Positions 8,308 to 15,909 of a stretch of 32,000 nt of DNA are shown here, one piece after another. How positions within the stretch are numbered: position 1 is the stretch's first letter; every line of letters starts with the position of its first letter. The DNA comes from Nitrosopumilus maritimus SCM1. GTDB lineage: Archaea; Thermoproteota; Nitrososphaeria; Nitrososphaerales; Nitrosopumilaceae. The stretch spans positions 930,001-962,000 of the forward strand of contig NC_010085.1 of NCBI RefSeq assembly GCF_000018465.1. The letters run 5' to 3'. The translations under genes and the position numbers were made by a program. Under the pieces are notes generated by a model, which was not told the origin of the DNA, ran no database searches, and saw nothing but the letters and a program-made list of their open reading frames with translations.

Positions 8308-8826
8308 ATGAAACTTCCAATATGCGGCTTTGATGCAAAAAATGCAATACTTTGTCCACAATGTGAAAGCAAAGTTGAATCAGGAGAAATAACACAAGCA
8401 GATGTTGATGCATCTATAGTTTTAGCAAAAATTGCAAAATCAAATAATGAGATTGAAAACTTTACACTATATTCCTGCAAAGAATTTCAAGGAAATTTTG
8501 TACTATCCTTGGCAAAAAATGATATTATGATAATCAGACAGAGTAGAACACTATACAGATTGCTTCAAGATCAATTCAAGGGTAAAATTTGGCTAGTAGA
8601 GGCAGATGAGACAGACAAGAGATTCATAGAAGATCTCTTCTTTCCAACCAAGGTTCTTTCAATTAATTCAGTTTGGGCTCCAGGTGGAGTTCAAAAGACA
8701 AAAGCAGTGATTTCAGGCAAATGGACGCCTAGATTCCCTATTGACACAGAAAAAGTAGTAGAAATTGTAAGAAATGCCCGAAACCTTGACATTGAGATAG
8801 AATTTGAGGATAAAGGTAGGAAATAA
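8308..8826 (+). CDS. Zinc-ribbon plus NusA-like (degenerate KH) protein, tentative
   Basis: 172 aa with an N-terminal Cys cluster (C6, C16xxC19). GKIWLVEADETDKRFIEDLFFPTKVLSINSV matches the archaeal/bacterial NusA inter-KH pattern (GK.i.iVE...d...FI.N.f.PAKV.sV.i). The KH GXXG loop is absent. Its stop overlaps the aspS ATG (TAATG). Confidence 0.45.
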   Translation: MKLPICGFDAKNAILCPQCESKVESGEITQADVDASIVLAKIAKSNNEIENFTLYSCKEFQGNFVLSLAKNDIMIIRQSRTLYRLLQDQFKGKIWLVEADETDKRFIEDLFFPTKVLSINSVWAPGGVQKTKAVISGKWTPRFPIDTEKVVEIVRNARNLDIEIEFEDKGRK

Positions 8827-10112
8827 TGGTATTTGTAAAAACTCACGATATTTCAGAACTCACATCAGAGTTAATTGGAAAGCAAGTTGTTTTGGGAGGA
8901 TGGATTGAGGATTTAAGAAAGTTGGGAAAGATGTCATTTATCACGTTACGTGATGTGTCTGGAATTTCCCAAGTTATTGTAAAGGGCGAGTTAAATGATA
9001 ATCTTGGAGAGATTAATCGCCAAAGTGTTGTAAGTGTAAAAGGAATTGTTCAGGAAACTAAAGCAAGAGACTTTGCATTTGAAATTAAAGCTGAAGAAAT
9101 TGAAGTGTTAGGAAAAGCAATTCATCCATTACCAGTTGATCCAATTGGAAGAGTAGAAAGTAACATTGACACAAGATTGAATCATCGTGCACTAGACATG
9201 AGAAATCAAAAAACAGCATCGATTTTCAAATTAAGACATTATGTTTTGCAATCATTAAGAAAGACATTAGTTGGAAAAAAATTCATTGAAATCACCACAC
9301 CGAAAATTATTGGCAGTGCAAGTGAAGGCGGAGCAAATCTCTTTTCATTAGAATATTTTGGAAAGAAAGCATACTTGGCACAGAGTCCACAATTATACAA
9401 AGAACAGATGACAATAGGATTAGAAAGAGTGTTTGAGATTTCAAACTTTTATCGAGCAGAAAACTCTCATACCGGAAGACATCTTAGTGAATTTACTAGT
9501 ATAGATATCGAAGCAGCATTCATGGATTACAATGATGTCATGGATGTTTTAGAGTCACTGGTTATGGACGTGTACAAGTTTACATCAGAAAATTGTAAAA
9601 AAGAACAAGAGATAATCGGCCACACTATAGAGGTTCCAAAATCACCATTTGAGAGAATCACATACAATCAGTGTATTGAGGAACTAAAGAGTGCAGGAGA
9701 AAAGGTGGAATTTGGAGATGATTTGCTCGATTCACATCTTAGAATCATAGGAAACAATCATCCAGGATTCTTCTTTTTGACTGACTGGCCTATGAAACTA
9801 AAACCATTTTACATTAGAGAGAAAGATGAAGACCCAGAACTATCACGCTCATTTGACTTGCAATATGGATATCTAGAGTTGTCCTCAGGTGGAACAAGGC
9901 TTCACAATCCAGAGAGGTTAAAGAACAGATTAAGAGAGCAAGATTTGGATCCTGCACAATTTACTGACCATCTCAAGGCATTTGATTGGGGAATGCCTCC
10001 ACATTCGGGATGGGGAATGGGGTTAGACAGGTTGATGACTACATTGATTGGAATTGATAATGTCCGTGAAGTTGTCTTGTATCCAAGAGATCCTGACAGA
10101 TTAAGTCCATAG
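8826..10112 (+). CDS. aspS: Aspartyl-tRNA synthetase, archaeal type (class IIb)
   Basis: 428 aa with an N-terminal OB anticodon-binding domain. Class II motifs are present: FYRAENSHTGRHLSEF (motif 2), GGTRLH, and GMGLDRL (motif 3). Confidence 0.92.
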   Translation: MVFVKTHDISELTSELIGKQVVLGGWIEDLRKLGKMSFITLRDVSGISQVIVKGELNDNLGEINRQSVVSVKGIVQETKARDFAFEIKAEEIEVLGKAIHPLPVDPIGRVESNIDTRLNHRALDMRNQKTASIFKLRHYVLQSLRKTLVGKKFIEITTPKIIGSASEGGANLFSLEYFGKKAYLAQSPQLYKEQMTIGLERVFEISNFYRAENSHTGRHLSEFTSIDIEAAFMDYNDVMDVLESLVMDVYKFTSENCKKEQEIIGHTIEVPKSPFERITYNQCIEELKSAGEKVEFGDDLLDSHLRIIGNNHPGFFFLTDWPMKLKPFYIREKDEDPELSRSFDLQYGYLELSSGGTRLHNPERLKNRLREQDLDPAQFTDHLKAFDWGMPPHSGWGMGLDRLMTTLIGIDNVREVVLYPRDPDRLSP

Positions 10113-10150
10113 TCATTCAGATTTTTATTGTAATAAAATTACATCAATTC

Positions 10151-10396
10151 ATGATAGAACAAGAAGATGCAAAAAAAGTAGTAGAAGTCATTGGAAATAA
10201 TTTGATTGGAGTTTCACATGATTCAACTAGTTTTCAAAAACTGCCAGATTCTTTTTGGGGATATTTTGCAAGAGGTCATGACAAGAAAGGAAACTTTGGA
10301 GTAATTGTGACATATTCTGAAGACGGAAAAGATGTAGATGAGTTAATCAAGATGTACGAAGAGTGGGCAGAAAAGAATAAACCAAAATCAGAATAG
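10151..10396 (+). CDS. Hypothetical protein (81 aa)
   Basis: ORF with TTTTTATT at about -29 to -22 from its ATG. No family motif recognised. Confidence 0.45.
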   Translation: MIEQEDAKKVVEVIGNNLIGVSHDSTSFQKLPDSFWGYFARGHDKKGNFGVIVTYSEDGKDVDELIKMYEEWAEKNKPKSE

Positions 10397-10528
10397 TTAT
10401 TTTGTCTCTAACAATAATTTTCTGTAACCCTGACATTCTTTGCAGATAGGTTTTCCTTTGTACTTTGGATTACCGTCTTTAATTTTCAGCGTACCTTCAA
10501 CAAGTTTACAGATACAACATTTTGCCAT
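10397..10528 (-). CDS. Candidate small zinc-ribbon protein (43 aa), below the ORF-track cutoff
   Basis: Hand translation of the minus strand gives MAKCCICKLVEGTLKIKDGNPKYKGKPICKECQGYRKLLLETK-stop. It has two CxxC pairs about 22 residues apart and is Lys-rich. An A/T-rich TATA-like CTTATTAA lies roughly -32 to -22 from the ATG. It fills an otherwise empty 204-nt gap. Confidence 0.35.
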   Translation of the reverse strand: MAKCCICKLVEGTLKIKDGNPKYKGKPICKECQGYRKLLLETK

Positions 10529-10600
10529 AAGGATTCATTAAAAGTGCAATTAATAAGAATTGGGAATCTGAAAAAGAGATAAATCCAAAGAAGGGGATCT

Positions 10601-10963
10601 ATGTTAGTGTACAAATGTGATTTCTGTGGATCAAATTTTGGAGATAGAGTCTGCTACTTTTGTGAGAAAAATTGTTGCACATCATGTATGACAGATGATA
10701 GAACACGCTGTAAGGAATGCTACATCCATAAAAGAAAACTAAGTGCAAGACAACTGATTAGAAAAAACAAACTGGTTTTTGTTTTTATTGGAATTTTATG
10801 GTTTTATGCAGTTTTTCCAGGACCATTTATGCCTGGATTAGAGGGAGGATTCTATGTAATCTCAGTTGTTGCAGCAGTCTTGATTTTAATTCCAGTGTGT
10901 TTAGCCATGTTCTTCTGGTCATTAAATCCACCAAAATCAGATGTAAAGAAAAGAAGAGATTAG
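10601..10963 (+). CDS. Membrane-anchored Cys-rich (double zinc-ribbon-like) protein
   Basis: 120 aa. The N-terminal 45 aa contain four Cys pairs (CDFC, CYFC, CCTSC, CKEC). Two hydrophobic helices and a basic tail follow. The stop overlaps the leuB stop (TTAG, convergent). Confidence 0.6.
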   Translation: MLVYKCDFCGSNFGDRVCYFCEKNCCTSCMTDDRTRCKECYIHKRKLSARQLIRKNKLVFVFIGILWFYAVFPGPFMPGLEGGFYVISVVAAVLILIPVCLAMFFWSLNPPKSDVKKRRD

Positions 10964-11973
10964 AGATTATCAGTTATCTGTTTTGTAAATTCTGAAGTGG
11001 TTTTATCTCCACCAATATCTTTTGTTTTAACACCAGTTTTTACCAAATTAAATATTGTAGATTCTAACTTTTGACCAACCTCAAAGCATTTTGAATCACT
11101 ATTCTTTGTTCCAAGCCAATCAAGCATCATCTTAATTGAAAGTAAGAATGATGAAGGATTTGCAATGTTTTGTCCTGCAATATCAAATGCGGCACCGTGA
11201 ACTGGCTCAAACAATGCAAAGTTATCACCAATGTTGGCAGCTGGTGCCATTCCCAATCCACCAACAACTTGAGAAGATTCATCAGATAAAATGTCACCAA
11301 ACAAGTTTGTAGTTACTACAACATCAAATTCTTGAGGTTGACGAATCAAGTTCATTGCACATGCATCAACATACATTTGCTCAAATGAAATATCAGGATA
11401 GTCTTTTGAAACTTCAGTACATGCTTTTGCAAACATTCCATCTGTAACTCTCATTACATTTGATTTGTGAACACATGTTACCTTTTTCTTGTCATTACGC
11501 ATTTTAGCTGTTTCAAATGCATATTTGGCAATTCTTTTGGAAGCTTGCTCAGAAATTATTCTCAATGCTACTGAAGAGTCACCCAAACTGAATTCTTTTC
11601 CAGTGTAGAGATCCTCAGTATTCTCACGAACAATTACCATGTCAATATCATCACGTAATGCAGGCATGTGCGGGTAAGATTTTGCAGGACGAATATTTGC
11701 ATACAAATCAAGCATTCGTCTCAATACAACAATAACATCTGCTGCAGATTCTCCAACTGGCGCCTTCATACAGGCATCAGATTGTTTTATGGCAGATACC
11801 GTATCATCAGGAAGTGCTTTACCGGTTTGCTCTAATGCCTTGTCACCAGCAGATAATTTTGTAATACCAAATTTCAAATCTAATTTGTCATGAATAGTTT
11901 CCAACACAGATACTGCAGAATCAGACAACTCTGGACCAATTCCATCACCAGTAATTAACGAGATTTTGTACAT
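10960..11973 (-). CDS. leuB: 3-isopropylmalate dehydrogenase (isocitrate/isopropylmalate dehydrogenase family)
   Basis: 337 aa with the family signature NLFGDILSDESSQVVGGLGMAPAANIG. It lies directly downstream of leuA. An SD-like GTGATG lies a few nt upstream of the ATG. Confidence 0.85.
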   Translation of the reverse strand: MYKISLITGDGIGPELSDSAVSVLETIHDKLDLKFGITKLSAGDKALEQTGKALPDDTVSAIKQSDACMKAPVGESAADVIVVLRRMLDLYANIRPAKSYPHMPALRDDIDMVIVRENTEDLYTGKEFSLGDSSVALRIISEQASKRIAKYAFETAKMRNDKKKVTCVHKSNVMRVTDGMFAKACTEVSKDYPDISFEQMYVDACAMNLIRQPQEFDVVVTTNLFGDILSDESSQVVGGLGMAPAANIGDNFALFEPVHGAAFDIAGQNIANPSSFLLSIKMMLDWLGTKNSDSKCFEVGQKLESTIFNLVKTGVKTKDIGGDKTTSEFTKQITDNL

Positions 11974-12006
11974 TTACATCACTATATCTAAAGGGGATTT
12001 TAGGAT

Positions 12007-13524
12007 TTAGCTTACCTGTTTTTCTTGTAGCATCTTTTTGAGCATGATTCTGTTAATTGCATCAATAACTGCCTTAACAGAAGTAGTAACAATGTCCTCT
12101 CCAACTGATTTTGCTGAAACCTTGTTACCTAATGGATCCTCCACCTTTACAGTAACTTCACATAAAGCACCAGAACCGCCAGAGATTGATGCCAATCCAT
12201 AGTCTTTGATTCTAATTTCTGAAATCTTGCCAGTAATTTTCTGAATTGCGTTTAATGCTGCATCAACTGGACCTACTCCATAGTCAGTTCCAATATGATC
12301 TTGTCCATCAACGTTGAGTTTAACAAATGCATAAGGCATTGTTCCAATTCCAGTTGAAACAGAGAATCCAGTTAACTGTACAATTCGTTTAAGATCTTTT
12401 TTACCTAAAACTTCACTTGCCATGGACAAGAGTTCAACATCAGTGATTTGTTTTCCTTGGTCACCTAACACCTTGACTTTTTCCAAGATTTGTTTTGCTT
12501 GATCTTCAGTGGGTTTTACTCCATACTCTTCTAACATTGCATTCATTCCATGAACTCCTGCATGCTTTCCTACTTTGAGCCATCTCTTTCGTCCTACTAA
12601 TTCAGGGCTGATTGGTTCGTAAGTTAAGGGATTATTCAATACACCATGAGTGTGAATGCCGGATTCATGACCAAATGCATTGGCACCAACTATAGCCTTG
12701 TTTGGTTGAACAATAATTCCTACAGTTTTAGAGATGAATCGAGATACATCATAAATTAATTCTGATTTGATATTAGTCTCATATTTTTGCTCATATGGCA
12801 AACACTTGAGTGCCATGGATAATTCCTCTAATGAGGCATTGCCTGCACGTTCACCAATTCCATTGATTGTAACATGTGCACATGCTGCACCAACATGAAT
12901 TCCAGCCAAAGCATTTGCGACAGCTAATCCAAAGTCATTGTGACAGTGAACACTTACTGGCAAGTTTGTAGCTTCGATGGTATCTTTTGTAATTTGTGCC
13001 ATATATTCTGGAGTGGAATAACCAACAGTGTCAGGAATGTTTACTCTATCAGCTCCTGCTTTTGCAACTTCGCTGAAAACTTTTTTCAAAAATTCCCTAT
13101 CAGTTCTAGAAGCATCTTCAGCTGAAAACTCTACTTGCAAACCATGAGATTTACCATACTCAACTGCCTCAATTGCTTTTTCTAATGCTTGTTCACGGGT
13201 CATCTGGAGTTTGTGTTCCAAGTGAATGTCAGATGTTGCAATAAAAGTATGCACATAGTTTAATCCTGCATCAATTGCTGCATCAATGTCTTTTTTGATA
13301 GTTCTAGTTAATCCACAAATTTCAGATGACAATCCAGCAGCAGTAATCATCTTGACTGCTTGTAATTCACCTTCTGAAATTACTGGAAAACCAGCTTCTA
13401 TAGCATCAACGCCTAATTCATCTAATTTTTTTGCAATTGCTAATTTTTGATCAGGAGATAATGAAACACCAAGTGTTTGCTCTCCATCTCTTAATGTTGT
13501 ATCAAAAATTCTAACATTTGTCAT
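12007..13524 (-). CDS. leuA: 2-isopropylmalate synthase (or the closely related citramalate synthase)
   Basis: 505 aa with the N-terminal FDTTLRDGEQ, the HCHNDFGLAVANALAG motif, and a C-terminal LeuA-type regulatory domain. The start overlaps the ilvH stop as ATGA and is preceded by a GGAGTGGTG SD-like string. LeuA and CimA cannot be told apart by eye. Confidence 0.85.
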   Translation of the reverse strand: MTNVRIFDTTLRDGEQTLGVSLSPDQKLAIAKKLDELGVDAIEAGFPVISEGELQAVKMITAAGLSSEICGLTRTIKKDIDAAIDAGLNYVHTFIATSDIHLEHKLQMTREQALEKAIEAVEYGKSHGLQVEFSAEDASRTDREFLKKVFSEVAKAGADRVNIPDTVGYSTPEYMAQITKDTIEATNLPVSVHCHNDFGLAVANALAGIHVGAACAHVTINGIGERAGNASLEELSMALKCLPYEQKYETNIKSELIYDVSRFISKTVGIIVQPNKAIVGANAFGHESGIHTHGVLNNPLTYEPISPELVGRKRWLKVGKHAGVHGMNAMLEEYGVKPTEDQAKQILEKVKVLGDQGKQITDVELLSMASEVLGKKDLKRIVQLTGFSVSTGIGTMPYAFVKLNVDGQDHIGTDYGVGPVDAALNAIQKITGKISEIRIKDYGLASISGGSGALCEVTVKVEDPLGNKVSAKSVGEDIVTTSVKAVIDAINRIMLKKMLQEKQVS

Positions 13525-14015
13525 TCAGCACCACTCCTTTGCAAAGCTGCAACACCAGTTCTTGCAACATCAAGGATGCCAAATGGTTTTGCTAATTCTT
13601 CAAATGCTTTGATTTGATCAGGTGTTGCAGTTAATTCTACCATAATAGAGTCTTTTTTGACATCATGGACTTTACCACCATATGCATTTGCCAATTTGTT
13701 TACCTCCATACTATCATTAGCATTACTTAGTTTAATCTTAAAAATACTAAGTTCTCTGTAGACTGTTTTGTGCTCATCTAAACGCTCTACTCTCACAGTA
13801 TCAATCATTTTATCGAGTTGTTTTACAATCTGGTCTATCTGTTTTTCATCACCAAATGTGGTAATTGTCATTTTGGAATATTCAGGATTTTCAGTCACAC
13901 CTACAGAGATGCTGTCAATATTGAAATCTCTTGCACGAAATAGGTGTGTGACCTTGAATAAGATTCCAGGTTTGTTTTCAACTAATATAGAAAGAATGGC
14001 CCACATGTCAATCAC
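13521..14015 (-). CDS. ilvH: Acetolactate synthase small (regulatory) subunit
   Basis: 164 aa with an N-terminal ACT domain (LSILVENKPGILFKVTHLF) and the small-subunit C-terminal domain. The track start is a GTG overlapping the ilvB TAG. An ATG at 14006 (MWAILSILVENKPG) is an equally plausible start. Confidence 0.85.
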   Translation of the reverse strand: MIDMWAILSILVENKPGILFKVTHLFRARDFNIDSISVGVTENPEYSKMTITTFGDEKQIDQIVKQLDKMIDTVRVERLDEHKTVYRELSIFKIKLSNANDSMEVNKLANAYGGKVHDVKKDSIMVELTATPDQIKAFEELAKPFGILDVARTGVAALQRSGAE

Positions 14016-15730
14016 TATGATGGTAATATCATATCCTTAAGCGAAGTTCCAGGAGCTACAAATGGCAATACGTCTTCTTCAGGATCAATTGGAATATCAA
14101 TTACTGTTGCAACATCACTACTCAATGCGTCTTTGATTGCCTTATCAAGTTCATCCATGGATTGTGCTCTTATTCCTTGAGCTCCATAAGATTCTGCTAA
14201 TTTAACATAATCAGGACACCATTTTCCCTGGTCCACTCCAATCATTCTTCTTTCATAAAATGTTCTTTGCCATTGAGCTACCATTCCCAATGTAAAGTTG
14301 TTCATTACAAATACAATTACAGGAATGTCTTCTAGCACTGCAGTTGCAAGAGAGTTTTCAGTCATTGCAAAACTACCATCTCCTGCAATATCTACAACAG
14401 GAACATCAGGTTTTGCCACTTTGGCACCAATTGCTGCTGGGAATCCCCAACCCATAGTACCAAGTCCAGTAGAACTAAAGAAAGTTCCAGGTTGAATTAC
14501 ATCATAAAATAAGGATGCCCACATTTGATGTTGTCCTACTTCTGTTGTGATGATAGATTCTTTTGGTAATATCTCTCTTAATTTACGTAAAATTTTTGCA
14601 GCACCCATTTCACCAGGATGTAATTTCAAATTTTCTTGCCAATAGGCTTTAGTTTCCTTAACATGTTTTACCCAAGGGGTCTCGTCAGTCTTTTTGATTG
14701 CTTTTTGCAAAAGTAACTTTACCATAATTCTAAGATTCATCTGTACATCACCAACTACTGCAAGTTGTGCTGTTTGGTTTTTACCAATTTCAGCAGGATC
14801 AACATCCATGTGGATAATCTTTAGATTTTTCTCAAACTCTTCAAAAGTTCCAACAGACCTGTCAGAAAATCTGGTACCAATTGCTAAAACACAATCAGCC
14901 TCAGTCATGATTTTGTTTGCTTCTGCATGACCATGCATTCCAATTGGCCCTAATGATAAAGGATGGTTTTCAGGAAATGCGCCTTTTCCTTTGAAGGTAG
15001 TAACTACAGGAAGCATTAATGCTTCAGCAACAGCTTGTAATTCTGCAAATGCGGATGAAATGATTGTTCCACCACCAGCTAAGATTACAGGTTTTTGAGC
15101 ATGAAGTAACATATCAATTGCTTTTTCAACTGCAACAATATCAGGATCAGCCCAAGGATGATAACCTTGAATTTTAAATTCATCAGGAAAAACCATTTCA
15201 GCTTCGTTTTGTTGCACATCTTTTGGAATGTCAATTAAAACAGGTCCAGGTCTTCCAGTTTCTGCAATGAAGAATCCTTTCTTTACAACTTCAGGGATTT
15301 CTGAAGCATGTCTTGGTTGAAATGCATATTTTACAACAGGATTTGCCATTCCAATAATATCACTTTCTTGAAATGCATCTTTTCCGATCATAGGAGTAGG
15401 AACTTGTCCAGTTACTGCAACCATTGGTGCAGAGTCAGCTTGTGCTGTTGCAATGCCAGTAAGAATATTGGTAGCGCCAGGTCCAGATGTTGCAAAACAA
15501 ACTCCAGGCTTTCGACTTACTCTTCCAAATCCATCAGCCATATGAGCTGCAGATTGTTCATGTCTTGCCAAAATATGTCTAATATCACATCTAGCAAATT
15601 CATCATACATTGGAAGATTTGCACCTCCAGGTAAACCAAATACTTCCTTGACGCCTTCTTTTTCCATTGCAGTCATCAAGGCCTTTGCACCAATCATATT
15701 TTCCATATCACTCATCAGATTTCTCTCCAT
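14015..15730 (-). CDS. ilvB: Acetolactate synthase large (catalytic) subunit, ThDP-dependent
   Basis: 571 aa. The N-terminal ThDP pyrimidine-binding region is GLPGGANLPMYDE ... RHEQSAAHMADGF. The ThDP-binding motif is GDGSFAMTENSLATA ... VMNN. An alternative ATG at 15715 is possible. Confidence 0.92.
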   Translation of the reverse strand: MERNLMSDMENMIGAKALMTAMEKEGVKEVFGLPGGANLPMYDEFARCDIRHILARHEQSAAHMADGFGRVSRKPGVCFATSGPGATNILTGIATAQADSAPMVAVTGQVPTPMIGKDAFQESDIIGMANPVVKYAFQPRHASEIPEVVKKGFFIAETGRPGPVLIDIPKDVQQNEAEMVFPDEFKIQGYHPWADPDIVAVEKAIDMLLHAQKPVILAGGGTIISSAFAELQAVAEALMLPVVTTFKGKGAFPENHPLSLGPIGMHGHAEANKIMTEADCVLAIGTRFSDRSVGTFEEFEKNLKIIHMDVDPAEIGKNQTAQLAVVGDVQMNLRIMVKLLLQKAIKKTDETPWVKHVKETKAYWQENLKLHPGEMGAAKILRKLREILPKESIITTEVGQHQMWASLFYDVIQPGTFFSSTGLGTMGWGFPAAIGAKVAKPDVPVVDIAGDGSFAMTENSLATAVLEDIPVIVFVMNNFTLGMVAQWQRTFYERRMIGVDQGKWCPDYVKLAESYGAQGIRAQSMDELDKAIKDALSSDVATVIDIPIDPEEDVLPFVAPGTSLKDMILPS

Positions 15731-15744
15731 AATTTTAATGTGTT

Positions 15745-15754
15745 AAAACAAAAA
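15745..15754 (-). terminator. Oligo-T tract T5GT4, candidate terminator/attenuator 14 nt upstream of the ilvB ATG
   Basis: The minus strand reads TTTTTGTTTT, preceded 5 nt upstream by a 6-bp stem-loop. Its function is inferred only. It could alternatively be part of a proximal ilvB promoter. Confidence 0.25.
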
Positions 15755-15759
15755 GATCT

Positions 15760-15811
15760 TTCTGTTTTAGTACAGAACCTCCAGTAGTAGAATAGAAGAA
15801 GCAGCTACTGG
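15760..15811 (-). promoter_or_regulatory. Two inverted repeats (potential RNA stem-loops) in the ilvB upstream region
   Basis: Stem 1 is CCAGTAG (15781-15787) paired with CTACTGG (15805-15811), with a 17-nt loop. Stem 2 on the minus strand is TTCTGT (15777-15772) paired with ACAGAA (15765-15760), with a 6-nt loop containing the mini-ORF stop codon. Both were verified base by base; function is unknown. Confidence 0.3.
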
Positions 15812-15820
15812 ATTGATCAT
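15767..15820 (-). CDS. Candidate 17-aa upstream leader ORF MINPVAASSILLLEVLY
   Basis: Hand translation: ATG ATC AAT CCA GTA GCT GCT TCT TCT ATT CTA CTA CTG GAG GTT CTG TAC TAA. Eight of 17 residues are Ile/Leu/Val. The ATG lies 23 nt downstream of a consensus TATA box. Coding status is unproven. Confidence 0.2.
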   Translation of the reverse strand: MINPVAASSILLLEVLY

Positions 15821-15843
15821 AATGAGAAGAAAATGAAGATTGC

Positions 15844-15851
15844 TTATAAAA
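15844..15851 (-). promoter_or_regulatory. Candidate archaeal TATA box TTTTATAA
   Basis: The minus strand reads TTTTATAA, spanning -31 to -24 relative to the mini-ORF ATG at 15820. It is the best TATA match in the gap between the giant ORF and ilvB. Confidence 0.35.
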
Positions 15852-15909
15852 TTAGCTGATTAGAGGCAGGCACGAATATCCATTATTTAGTTAACACTGA
15901 TAGTGCAGG

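Noticed and set aside
10122-10129. TTTTTATT after the aspS stop as a dedicated terminator feature.
   Set aside because: The same string sits at the TATA distance for the next gene (ATG 10151). I cannot separate the two roles from sequence alone, so it is not reported as a feature.
392-15634. Short ORFs nested in or antisense to the housekeeping genes. These begin at 392, 1883, 2461, 3693, 4738, 5544, 5551, 5952, 6001, 6830, 7060, 7284, 7931, 10798, 12940, 13768, 14298, 14694 and 15308.
   Set aside because: Each overlaps a longer ORF that has clear family motifs or better coding character. Their translations are Cys/Phe/Ser/Leu-rich strings typical of off-frame reading of AT-rich genes.
15752-15761. 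Perfect 10-bp palindrome AAAGATCTTT upstream of ilvB as a regulator binding site.
   Set aside because: A short A/T-rich palindrome like this is likely by chance at this base composition, and it overlaps the T-tract. It is mentioned only as context for the leader-region finding.
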